47,929 nt of DNA, from assembly GCA_005878525.1 (NCBI GenBank), contig VBMB01000136.1, forward strand, positions 14,120-62,048, in the 5' to 3' direction. Positions 1 through 7,786 of this stretch are shown one piece after another. Position 1 is the stretch's first letter; every line of letters begins with the position of its first letter. A model generated the notes under the pieces. That model was not told the origin of the DNA, ran no database searches, and was given only the letters and a program-made list of their open reading frames with translations. The stretch comes from Methanobacteriota archaeon. Lineage in GTDB: Archaea; Thermoplasmatota; Thermoplasmata; RBG-16-68-12. The position numbers were made by a program, and so were the translations under genes.

Positions 1-549
1 ACCGTGTACGCGTTCTCCACCGAGAATCTTCGGCGACCCAGCGAGGAAATCCAGCACCTCATGCACCTCTTCGCGGAAAACTTCCGAAAGGTCGGAGACG
101 ACGAACGCGTGCACCGGCACAGGATCCGGATCAACGTGTTCGGGGACCGCGAGCTGCTGCCCACGGAGGTCATCGAGGCCATCGAGTACGCGGAGGCGCG
201 GACGAAAGAGTACGACAGCTACCGCTTCAACCTCGCGGTCGCATACGGAGGACGAGAGGAAATCCTCCAAGCGATTCGGGATGTGGTGCGCGACGCCCAG
301 GCGGGGAAGGTGGACGCACACGACATCGACGAGAAGTTCTTTTCGAAACGGCTCTACACCGCGGACCTGCCGGATCCGGACTTGGTCTTGCGCACGAGCG
401 GCGAGGAGCGGATCTCGAATTTCCTCCTATGGCAGCTCGCCTATTCCGAACTGTATTTCGTGGACGTCTACTGGCCCGGTTTCCGAAAGATCGATTTCCT
501 CCGCGCCCTGCGGTCGTACCAGATGCGGCAGCGACGGTACGGGGAATAG
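1..549 (+). CDS. uppS: cis-prenyltransferase (undecaprenyl/polyprenyl diphosphate synthase), 5' end cut by window edge
   Basis: The frame is open to base 1. UPPS-family blocks are present: 'FSTENLRRP', 'AVAYGGREEI', 'DLVLRTSGEERISNFLLWQLAYSELYF' and C-terminal 'RRYG'. TAG stop. Confidence 0.9.
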   Translation, partial: TVYAFSTENLRRPSEEIQHLMHLFAENFRKVGDDERVHRHRIRINVFGDRELLPTEVIEAIEYAEARTKEYDSYRFNLAVAYGGREEILQAIRDVVRDAQAGKVDAHDIDEKFFSKRLYTADLPDPDLVLRTSGEERISNFLLWQLAYSELYFVDVYWPGFRKIDFLRALRSYQMRQRRYGE

Positions 550-595
550 GCACTACCGGAGCCCTTAAGTCCCCTTGCCAACTTGCGCGGGCCCG

Positions 596-1693
596 ATGAA
601 GGGGGAGGTCGTTTTCTACCGGCTCTTCGATTTGGGAGCGTCGGTCGACCTCGACGAAATCCAGGGGACGGTGGACATGCCATTCCTCGCCGGGCGGATG
701 CGTTCCGAGCGGGCGACCCCGAAGTACGCCCGGTTCGCCGCGCCCCTGCTCGTCTTCGTGGACCAGCGCACGCTCGAAACAAACGTCGGATCGTTGGTCG
801 CCTCCATCGCGGTGAAGCTCTACGGCGTCGGCGCCCTCGCCGTCGTCGTCCGCGCGCCGTTCGAAACGAGCGTCCTCCGCGACCTCCGGCCATTCGCGGG
901 CCTCCGAATCCGGGCCGCCGACAAGGAGGAGACCCTGGACGCGTATTGTGGACGGCTCGTCGCGCGGATCATCGAGGACCTCGTGCCGTTCCTCCATGAC
1001 TCCTACGAGGTCAACGTGGACCCGGAGCCGTACACCGTATATTGTGTGTCCGTCACCGAAACCCCCGTGCGCGTCTTCACCACGGCTTTGCGACGTGAGG
1101 TCACGGCCCTCCTCGCGAACGACCCACGGCCGGACGCGATCAGCGACGAGGAGGTCGAAGACACCTGGCGCAACTGGTTCTCGTATTACCAGGACGACCT
1201 AGTGGTGCTCGACTGGGATGCGGCCCTGGTCATCGAGCCCAGTGCGTCGTACGAAGATACGCTCACCGTCTTCGAACTCGCGAACCTTCAGCTCCTCGAG
1301 TTGCGCACCTACGATGCGTTTCTGGACAAAGTCGTCGACAAAGCGTACGACGATCTCGAGGACCTCTTCGCGCGCAGCTCGTTGCTGCGGAGCGGACACG
1401 ACACCGTGAAGGAATTGGCGGAGGTGCGCATGGACCTCGCCGAGGCGTCGTTCCAGGTCGACAACATCTCGAAGCTCTGGGGGGACTGGTTCCTCGGCAA
1501 AGTCTACCGGGCGTGCGCGAAGAAATTCGAGCTCGACTCATGGCGGAGGAACGTGGAGGAGAAGATGAAGGACCTCAGCGAGATCTACGAAGTCGCGGAG
1601 GCCGAACTCGAGGCCCGGCGACTCCTCATCCTCGAGTTCCTTGTCGTCCTGTTGTTCATCGTCGATCTCGTCCTGATCGCGTACCGCGGTTGA
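596..1693 (+). CDS. DUF155 / RMND1-like (COG1723) protein with C-terminal TM helix
   Basis: The C-terminal half resembles DUF155: '...WGDWFLGKVY...FELDSWRRNVEEKM...' followed by the hydrophobic 'LLILEFLVVLLFIVDLVLIAY'. The ATG at 596 lies ~30 nt downstream of the TATA-like 'CCTTAAGT' (563-570). The ORF track begins at TTG 575. Confidence 0.55.
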   Translation: MKGEVVFYRLFDLGASVDLDEIQGTVDMPFLAGRMRSERATPKYARFAAPLLVFVDQRTLETNVGSLVASIAVKLYGVGALAVVVRAPFETSVLRDLRPFAGLRIRAADKEETLDAYCGRLVARIIEDLVPFLHDSYEVNVDPEPYTVYCVSVTETPVRVFTTALRREVTALLANDPRPDAISDEEVEDTWRNWFSYYQDDLVVLDWDAALVIEPSASYEDTLTVFELANLQLLELRTYDAFLDKVVDKAYDDLEDLFARSSLLRSGHDTVKELAEVRMDLAEASFQVDNISKLWGDWFLGKVYRACAKKFELDSWRRNVEEKMKDLSEIYEVAEAELEARRLLILEFLVVLLFIVDLVLIAYRG

Positions 1694-1723
1694 CCGACGA
1701 ACTCTCGCGTCGTCCGGATTGCC

Positions 1724-2224
1724 TCAGCTGATCTGAATCGAGCCGAGGACCGGGCGGAATATCCACTGTCCACCGGCCGCATGGATCGAACTGGCGAGGT
1801 CGAAGTCCAGGGTGACGCGCACGGCCCCGCTCCCGGGTAATTCGAACGGCGTCGTGGTCTTGAGCTCGCCATTCGGGACGATGAGCGTGACGGGGGTGCC
1901 GTCGATCAGAATCCCGTTCACCGAATTCACGACGAGCCGGAGCTGGGTGTACTTCCCCGCGGGAGCGCGGTCCAACGCGAGGAGCCTCGTGAGATTCGCG
2001 AGGGCGACGAAATCGATGGTCGGGGAGGACAGCGGGAGGTGGATCCAACCGCTCTCGTTCCCCGCATTCGCGCGATGGACTTGGATGTCCGAGAACACGA
2101 CGTTCAACTGCTTCCACTCGGCCGGCGCATCGCGGACGTACACGTAGAGCGTCCCCGACGTGACGGAACCCAAGAACGCAATCCCGCCGATGAGAAGCAG
2201 GCCGGCGACCGCCATGGCAAACAC
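1724..2224 (-). CDS. DUF4382-like secreted or membrane-anchored beta-sandwich protein
   Basis: N-terminal hydrophobic anchor 'AMAVAGLLLIGGIAFLG'. The pattern 'VVFSDIQVH...W..L......IDF..L......L......AGKYTQLRLVV......IDGT...L.VP.G.LK' matches my recollection of DUF4382. Start is GTG 2224 or ATG 2215. Confidence 0.5.
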   Translation of the reverse strand: MFAMAVAGLLLIGGIAFLGSVTSGTLYVYVRDAPAEWKQLNVVFSDIQVHRANAGNESGWIHLPLSSPTIDFVALANLTRLLALDRAPAGKYTQLRLVVNSVNGILIDGTPVTLIVPNGELKTTTPFELPGSGAVRVTLDFDLASSIHAAGGQWIFRPVLGSIQIS

Positions 2225-2317
2225 GGTGCGCGGCCTCGTCAGTCCTCCTCCGCGACTATCATTCGCGGGGAGGGGTATATAGATTCTCGGAACTTCCCGC
2301 GTTCAATAACGAGAGCG

Positions 2318-2602
2318 TCATGCGGCGGCAATTGGCGCGACGAGGCCGACCGCTCCGTACACGCGGTCGATCGCTTCTCGCGCCAGCTTCTCGTCATCCG
2401 TCTTCGCGAGGACCTTGCCGCTCTCGTAGAGGGTGAGTTCCGGCTCTCCTTCGAGGATGAGCATGACTTTCACGTCGCTGACCCGCCAGCCTTGGCTCCG
2501 CAGGCGCTCGGCGGCCTCTGTGAGGTCGACCCGCCACGGCTTCTTCAACGTGGAGATGAACGCGGTGGCCGTGCGACAGGGCTTCAACAGGTAGTAGCTC
2601 AT
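2318..2602 (-). CDS. 94-aa protein homologous to the C-terminal extension of the adjacent ThiF/MoeB-like E1
   Basis: The ATG overlaps the upstream thiI-like stop (ATGA, 2599-2602). Hand alignment to E1 residues ~260-336: 'VDLTEAAERLRSQG' vs 'IDMEAVADRLAALG', and 'EGEPELTLYESGKVLAKTDDEKLAREAIDRVYG' vs 'EGRRLTIFPDGRALIRGVKDEAEARGVYAKYVG'. Confidence 0.6.
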   Translation of the reverse strand: MSYYLLKPCRTATAFISTLKKPWRVDLTEAAERLRSQGWRVSDVKVMLILEGEPELTLYESGKVLAKTDDEKLAREAIDRVYGAVGLVAPIAAA

Positions 2603-3264
2603 CCGGCCGTCCTCGGAGGGAGCGGTGCAGGAGGACCGTTGGCCTTGAACTTTTCCGACGCTAGCTTCGAGAGACAGGACGAAACGAGCTCAGGCAGGTC
2701 CAGCTTCGTCTCCTCGGCGAGGATCTGGTCCAAGCGCGCATGGGTCGAGGGACGCGGAGGTCCGAGAAGATCGCAGATCTCCGGCCCCTTCGACACCTCG
2801 TACGTGCCGATCAACTTGGCCCGGTCCACGATTTCCTGCTTGTCGAAGCCGATCAGAGGCCGGAGAATCGGGTGGTGGGCCACGGCGTCGATCGCTCGCA
2901 GGCTCGCGACGGTCTGGCTCGAGACCTGACCCAAGTTCTCCCCGGTCACGAGGACCTCGGCGCCTTCAAGGTCCGCAATGGCGTCGGCCAGTCGGACCAT
3001 CAGACGCTTGGTCAGAATGAAGTAGAAGCGGCGGTTCGCTTTCTGGGCGACCTCGGCGAACGCCTCTCCCACCCGAACGACGTACAACGAAGGGATCCGC
3101 AGGATCCCACACAAGGTTCGCGCCTTCATCGCGGCGGCGTCGTCGGTGATCGGCTCCAGAGAGAAATGGGCCGCGATGAGGTCGAGGCCCTGACGGGCCA
3201 TGAGGTGGCCGGCGACGGGACTGTCGAATCCGCCGCTGAGCAAGAGCACGCCCCGGCGTGCCAC
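2599..3264 (-). CDS. ThiI-like PP-loop ATP pyrophosphatase core (no THUMP or rhodanese domain)
   Basis: ThiI-type PP-loop 'LLLSGGFDSPVAGHLM', plus 'VTGENLGQVSSQT' and 'ILRPLIGFDKQEIV'. Only 221 aa. The GTG start lies 1 nt after the E1 stop. Confidence 0.75.
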   Translation of the reverse strand: MARRGVLLLSGGFDSPVAGHLMARQGLDLIAAHFSLEPITDDAAAMKARTLCGILRIPSLYVVRVGEAFAEVAQKANRRFYFILTKRLMVRLADAIADLEGAEVLVTGENLGQVSSQTVASLRAIDAVAHHPILRPLIGFDKQEIVDRAKLIGTYEVSKGPEICDLLGPPRPSTHARLDQILAEETKLDLPELVSSCLSKLASEKFKANGPPAPLPPRTAG

Positions 3265-3265
3265 G

Positions 3266-4276
3266 TCAAATCCCCACGTACTTTGCGTAGACCCCGCGGG
3301 CCTCCGCCTCGTCCTTCACGCCGCGGATCAAAGCGCGGCCATCGGGGAAGATCGTGAGGCGGCGGCCCTCCACGTCCGCGACGAGCAGGCCGCCCGCTCG
3401 ACGCGTCGACCCGAGCGCCGCCAGGCGATCCGCGACGGCCTCCATGTCGATCGAGCCGTGATGGACCGGATCGAGGGAAATCGTATCGCTCCCGCAGAGC
3501 GAAGCCAGGACCTGCGTCCGTTTCGCGCCCAGGTACTCACGTTCCCCCTGGACGCAAGTCGGACAATCGGAGCGGCGCCCGATGTGAATCCTCTGGATGT
3601 CCGGATGCCATCCGTCGACCACGAAGAGGACCCCGGATGGGGTCTCGCCGAGGAGCAGCCGAAGCGCCTCGCCCGCCTGGATCGCCCCCACCATGGCGGA
3701 GGCCGCGTTGAAGATGCCCGCGGTCTCGCACGTCGGGAGACTTCCCGGTAGAGGCGCCTTCGGGTTGAAACAACGGAAACACGCGGTGACCGGAGTGCGA
3801 ATCGCGAACGCCATCCCGTACGTCGCGATGGCCCCGCCGTACACGAACGGGACGTTCGCCTCCATCGCCGTCTCGTTGAGCAAGAACCGAGTCTCGAGAT
3901 TGTCCGTTCCGTCGACGACGATGTCGGTGTCGCGCAGGAGGCCCCGGACCGTCGCCGAGTGGACATCCTTCGAGAGCGGCTCGATCTCAATTTGCGAGTT
4001 CACGGAACGGAGGCGCTCCGCGGCGGCGTCCGCCTTCGGCCGGTCCACGTCCGATTCGGAGTACAGCGACTGCCGCTGGAGATTCGTGAGCTCGACGACG
4101 TCTCGATCGACCAGCCGAAGATGCCCGACCCCCGCCCGCGCCAGAAGGTCGGAGGAGATGCTTCCCAAGGCGCCCAAACCGATCACGACGGCTCGTGCGC
4201 GGGCGAGCTCTCGCTGGCCCTTCACGCCAATCTCGGGAAGGACTTCCTGACGACGATATCGATTGGGTGAAGGCAC
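3266..4276 (-). CDS. ThiF/MoeB/HesA-family E1-like adenylyltransferase with ~80-aa C-terminal extension
   Basis: 'RYRRQ...G..GQ..L....V.VIGLGALGS' Rossmann/ATP loop, 'LVDRDVVELTNLQRQ', and two CxxC pairs ('CFRC', 'CPTC'). The C-terminal 'LTIFPDGRALIRGVKDEAEARGVYAKYVGI' resembles long ThiF forms. Confidence 0.85.
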   Translation of the reverse strand: MPSPNRYRRQEVLPEIGVKGQRELARARAVVIGLGALGSISSDLLARAGVGHLRLVDRDVVELTNLQRQSLYSESDVDRPKADAAAERLRSVNSQIEIEPLSKDVHSATVRGLLRDTDIVVDGTDNLETRFLLNETAMEANVPFVYGGAIATYGMAFAIRTPVTACFRCFNPKAPLPGSLPTCETAGIFNAASAMVGAIQAGEALRLLLGETPSGVLFVVDGWHPDIQRIHIGRRSDCPTCVQGEREYLGAKRTQVLASLCGSDTISLDPVHHGSIDMEAVADRLAALGSTRRAGGLLVADVEGRRLTIFPDGRALIRGVKDEAEARGVYAKYVGI

Positions 4277-4460
4277 GCGTCACGAAAGGACGGCCGACTT
4301 ATGGCCTTTCGCCCCGCACTCAGTTGTGGCCGGGTTCGCTCAGCCGCGATCGAAGCGACGCGATGAATTGCGAAGAACGCGCCAAAGCGGATCGGGCTCC
4401 GCCGTGCGGAAAGCTCTTTCGCGTTGGCGATGATGGGCACGGGGCAACCCAACGGATTCA

Positions 4461-4724
4461 ATGGTGTCTACCGTGCCGTCCGCGTGGCTCACGATGGAGA
4501 ACGCACTCGCCCGGCTTGCGAGGGACTTCACGATCTTGACGATCCTCCCGCTCGTTCTCGTCGTCGTGAGCCTCCTCTCCTGGTTCCGGACCGGGGTTTT
4601 GGATCTCGGGTTTGTCCTCGCAATCGCGGTCCTCATCGCCCTCCGCGACCTGGATTCGTTCCGTCGCGGAGCGATGGAGCGGATGCATCAGTTGAGCCAG
4701 ATGGTCTGGTTGACGAGCCCGTGA
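4461..4724 (+). CDS. hypothetical small membrane protein (2 predicted TM helices)
   Basis: High third-position GC. Hydrophobic stretches 'FTILTILPLVLVVVSLLSWF' and 'LGFVLAIAVLIAL'. An alternative start is ATG 4494. No recognisable family. Confidence 0.4.
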   Translation: MVSTVPSAWLTMENALARLARDFTILTILPLVLVVVSLLSWFRTGVLDLGFVLAIAVLIALRDLDSFRRGAMERMHQLSQMVWLTSP

Positions 4725-4780
4725 GGAGGAGCGACGCGCGCCGATCTTGAAACCTTCGAGATTCCGAAGACGGCGACGGA

Positions 4781-4945
4781 TCAGTTGTAGAGGTTGAATT
4801 CGTCCTTCTCCGGGACCGAGTCCCAGTCTTCGTCCCCTTCCTCGAAGACCGCGTTGAAGAGCGCGCTGACGACCTCGCGGAGCTGTTGAATCTCCGTCCG
4901 GAGGCGCGCCAATTCCTTCATCACTTCCTCGTTGGAAGCAGGCAT
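4781..4945 (-). CDS. hypothetical 54-aa coiled-coil/acidic protein (shorter than any ORF listed in the supplied track)
   Basis: My translation: MPASNEEVMKELARLRTEIQQLREVVSALFNAVFEEGDEDWDSVPEKDEFNLYN*. GC3 is very high, like the real genes here. 'AGAGGT' sits 7-8 nt upstream of the ATG, and the TATA-like 'AAAAAGATATGA' (4981-4992, minus strand) is ~40 nt upstream. Confidence 0.5.
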   Translation of the reverse strand: MPASNEEVMKELARLRTEIQQLREVVSALFNAVFEEGDEDWDSVPEKDEFNLYN

Positions 4946-5050
4946 TCACAACCTCTAACCCGTGCTATCACGGGGTAGGTTCATATCTTTTTGCCTTCGA
5001 TTCTTGATGCTAATTCTCGGAACGGAACGGTCACGGCATTTGCGACGGTT

Positions 5051-5821
5051 TTACCGATGTCGTCCGCGGTCTCGATCCCTTCCCCCGCGGCCGCCAGGAC
5101 CGCGTCCGTCGCGACCTCGACCCCCGCCTCGCTCTCTGTACCGATCGCGCCCACCGCCCCGATCTCGGTCTCGTCCACCGCGATCGTGACCCTCGCTCCG
5201 AGGCTCCCGATGTTTCGCCTCCACCTTCCCACCGCCGAGTTCGGTCGCGGGCACGAAGAGCCTCAAGTCTGCATAGTCGGCCGCGAGCTTCCGTCGTTCC
5301 GTGCGCTCGTCCCGCGGGCAGTAGAGTTCCCGATCCCGGAGCTCGAGAGGCCCTCGGCAGATCGAACAGAGGGCCTTCACGACCCCAAGATTCCGCTCCG
5401 CCGTCGTGAGCTGGACCGACGGCTTGACCTGGATCACCTTGGCGCGGATGATGTCCCCGAGGCGGAACATGTCGCGAATGTCCTCGGTGTACTCTTCCGA
5501 TACGTTCGAGATGTGGATCGTCCCCTCCGATTCGCCGCTGATCTGGCGCGTCCGTCCATGGATCGCGAGGATCGTCGCGGTCGCCATCATGCCGCGAATA
5601 TCGTCCACGACGCCGTACACGATGTCCCCGACTTTGAGCTCCGCGGGCGGGTTGAACGCCCGCACCCGCGCGACGCGGTTTGCCGGGTCGAGGATGAGGA
5701 CACCCGGCGTCGCCGCGAACACAAGCCCATTCCGCTCGTAAGTCCCTTCCCCGGGCTCGAATTCCTCCGCGACGGCGATCTCATCGCCCGGGAGGACCAT
5801 CTTTGGCTCCATCTGGTCCAT
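5051..5821 (-). CDS. csl4: exosome cap subunit Csl4 (S1 + degenerate zinc ribbon) with ~60-aa RG/RD-rich tail
   Basis: 'VLPGDEIAVAEEFEPGEGTY', S1 domain 'KVGDIVYGVVDDI...GTIHISNV...FRLGDIIRAKVIQV', and 'CSICRGPL...LYCPRDE'. Tail: 'GHDRGGRDRDRGGGRDRYRERGGGRGRDGRGPGGRGGRDRDRGRHR'. Confidence 0.85.
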   Translation of the reverse strand: MDQMEPKMVLPGDEIAVAEEFEPGEGTYERNGLVFAATPGVLILDPANRVARVRAFNPPAELKVGDIVYGVVDDIRGMMATATILAIHGRTRQISGESEGTIHISNVSEEYTEDIRDMFRLGDIIRAKVIQVKPSVQLTTAERNLGVVKALCSICRGPLELRDRELYCPRDERTERRKLAADYADLRLFVPATELGGGKVEAKHREPRSEGHDRGGRDRDRGGGRDRYRERGGGRGRDGRGPGGRGGRDRDRGRHR

Positions 5822-5859
5822 CGACTCCTGCGGGTCGCACGGAGTAGAGCCGTCGGTAT

Positions 5860-6438
5860 TTATCTCTTCCCCACTTCAAGACGATAGAGGACGACGTCGA
5901 TGCGGCGAAGCTCTTCCCGATGGAAGGCGAAGGTGTGGGGAATCGGAAACGCATACGCGAGACGGTCGGTGATCTTCCCGGCCGCAGACTCGATGCGATG
6001 CCGCACGTAGGCTTCGGCCTTCGCGTTCAGGAACGTGTAGACGATGTGGCCTGATGCAAGCGCGGCGTCCAGGAATGGACGGTCTGCATGGCGCCTCTGA
6101 GAACCGAACGGTGGATTCATGAGGACGGTGTCGAAGGTCTCATGGATGGCCTGGACATCGGCGAGGCGCCACGCGACGTCGACCTGCGCACGTTCTGCGT
6201 TCCGCCGCGCGACCTCCACGGCCAATGGATCCGAGTCCACGCCCGCCACGGGCCCCGCGCCGAGAAGTTTCGCGGCGATCGCGAGCACACCGTTCCCGCA
6301 TCCGAGGTCCACGACCGACCGACCCTGGATGTCGCCTTTCGCGTGAGCGAGGTAGGCGACCTCGGCCGCGATTCCCGCGGGCGTCGGATACTGCTCCGCG
6401 GACGGCGCCGGATTCGGGAGCGGATCGAGGGACTCCAA
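5860..6438 (-). CDS. METTL5-like class I SAM-dependent RNA methyltransferase (COG2263, NPPF motif)
   Basis: 'EQYPTP', '[13 protein letters not shown]', '[19 protein letters not shown]'. This is a typical neighbour of csl4 in archaea. The first canonical start is TTG 6438. The family-like N-terminal sequence 'KKVQLERI' continues upstream in frame without an ATG/GTG/TTG, so the true start is uncertain. Confidence 0.8.
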   Translation of the reverse strand: MESLDPLPNPAPSAEQYPTPAGIAAEVAYLAHAKGDIQGRSVVDLGCGNGVLAIAAKLLGAGPVAGVDSDPLAVEVARRNAERAQVDVAWRLADVQAIHETFDTVLMNPPFGSQRRHADRPFLDAALASGHIVYTFLNAKAEAYVRHRIESAAGKITDRLAYAFPIPHTFAFHREELRRIDVVLYRLEVGKR

Positions 6439-6490
6439 AATCCGCTCGAGCTGGACCTTCTTCGTAGGCTCACCTCGCGGAGCGGTCTTC

Positions 6491-7279
6491 TCACTCCTCT
6501 TCCCATGCCGACGCTCGTTTGGTGGCCGCGGTCCCGCGCGGAGTAATCACCGCGGTGAAGTCCGAGGTGCCGTGCCACAGTAGCGTCAGGAGGCCTTCTC
6601 CCTCGAGGCGAGCGAGCTCGCTCTGCAGGTCGTCGAAGTTCACGCCTCGGAGGATCTCGAAGAACTGGTTCTTCTTCAATCCGATCGAGCCGCGTTTGTC
6701 GAGGAGCACCAAGACCTTGTCTCGAAGGCCGCGCTCGACTGCCCGGGCTGCATCTTGGCGGAACGCGCGGTCGACGATCTCGATCGCCAGCGCGTTGAAG
6801 GCGTCCTCCACGAAGGTGCCAGTCCGCGCCGACGTATACACGATCGGGGCGGCAAACGGTTCGGCGACATGGCGGATCTCGTCCTCGGTGATCGCCCGGC
6901 GCTCCTCGAGGTCTTTCTTGTTCACGACCAGGTAAACCGGGACGTCGCCCGCAATCTCGAGCGCGGAGGGGATCCATTCGTTCAGGGCGTACAGGCTGTC
7001 CTTCCGCGTGAGATCGCAGACGCCCATCAGAGCCTGGGAGCCATGGTAGTACGTCTCCCGGACGAGGTCCTTGAATCCCCGCTGGCCCATGATGTCGAAG
7101 ATCGACATGTCCATCTGGACCTCGGTGTCAGCGCCGTGGGGAACCGTGAGCTCGACCTTGCTCACTCGGGTCCCGACCGTGTGGAGATATGTGTCCTGGT
7201 ACTCGTTGAGGACGAACCGCCGGATCAAGGAGGTCTTGCCGACACCGCCCTCTCCCATCAGGGCGAGCTTTGCCTTCAT
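6491..7279 (-). CDS. Ras-superfamily (Rab/Arf-like) small GTPase fused to a C-terminal winged-helix-like domain
   Basis: G1 'GEGGVGKTS', switch I 'YLHTVGT', G3 'DIMGQ', G4 'NKKD', G5 'SAR'. The C-terminal ~75 aa ('[22 protein letters not shown]...[12 protein letters not shown]') look like a wHTH. The TATA-like 'GCTTATACC' (7332-7340, minus strand) favours ATG 7297 or 7279 over 7321. Confidence 0.8.
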   Translation of the reverse strand: MKAKLALMGEGGVGKTSLIRRFVLNEYQDTYLHTVGTRVSKVELTVPHGADTEVQMDMSIFDIMGQRGFKDLVRETYYHGSQALMGVCDLTRKDSLYALNEWIPSALEIAGDVPVYLVVNKKDLEERRAITEDEIRHVAEPFAAPIVYTSARTGTFVEDAFNALAIEIVDRAFRQDAARAVERGLRDKVLVLLDKRGSIGLKKNQFFEILRGVNFDDLQSELARLEGEGLLTLLWHGTSDFTAVITPRGTAATKRASAWEEE

Positions 7280-7786
7280 GTGTCGGACCGTCGGCATGGG
7301 AGACCCCGGGCGGCTCCTCATTCGGAGCGCGGGTATAAGCAGTTTCGTCGTGGGGATCCGACGGATTCAGTTCTCGACGCGTCGTCCGCAACGTCGATCG
7401 TCGCGGAAACTCCGTCGACAGGTCCGCCGCACGTAGAGTTCAAAAATCCAATCGATCCGTCTCCGGCAATTCGGATCGCGTCGACCAAGCGAATGTCGCG
7501 GGCCATTATCAGGTCCCGGCGCGCTGCGTTCTATCTACCGAGAATTGAAATCAGCACGAGCATCGATGCCTTTATCCCTCAAGGGTGCCAAGTCGTCGTC
7601 ATGCGATTTCGCCCCGAGGGGCCACGGATTCCCGTACCGAACTGGCTCATCGAGTGGTCGAAGTCCCGCGACCTTTTTCTGACCCTCGCTCACGACCCAT
7701 GGGTCTTCCGGCCGAACTGAGTGGCCCGGAAAAACCGAAGACGTTATAGGAGCCCGATTGATGCACTGCGCCGGTCCGAGTATTCG

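Noticed and set aside
7318-7506. A 62-aa minus-strand ORF whose TGA overlaps ATG 7321 at the top of the GTPase ORF (ATGA), suggesting a coupled upstream gene.
   Set aside because: The TATA-like 'GCTTATACC' at 7332-7340 lies inside this ORF and would place transcription start near 7310, which favours GTPase starts at 7297 or 7279. The ORF has lower GC3 (~66% by my count) than real genes here, and I recognise no family.
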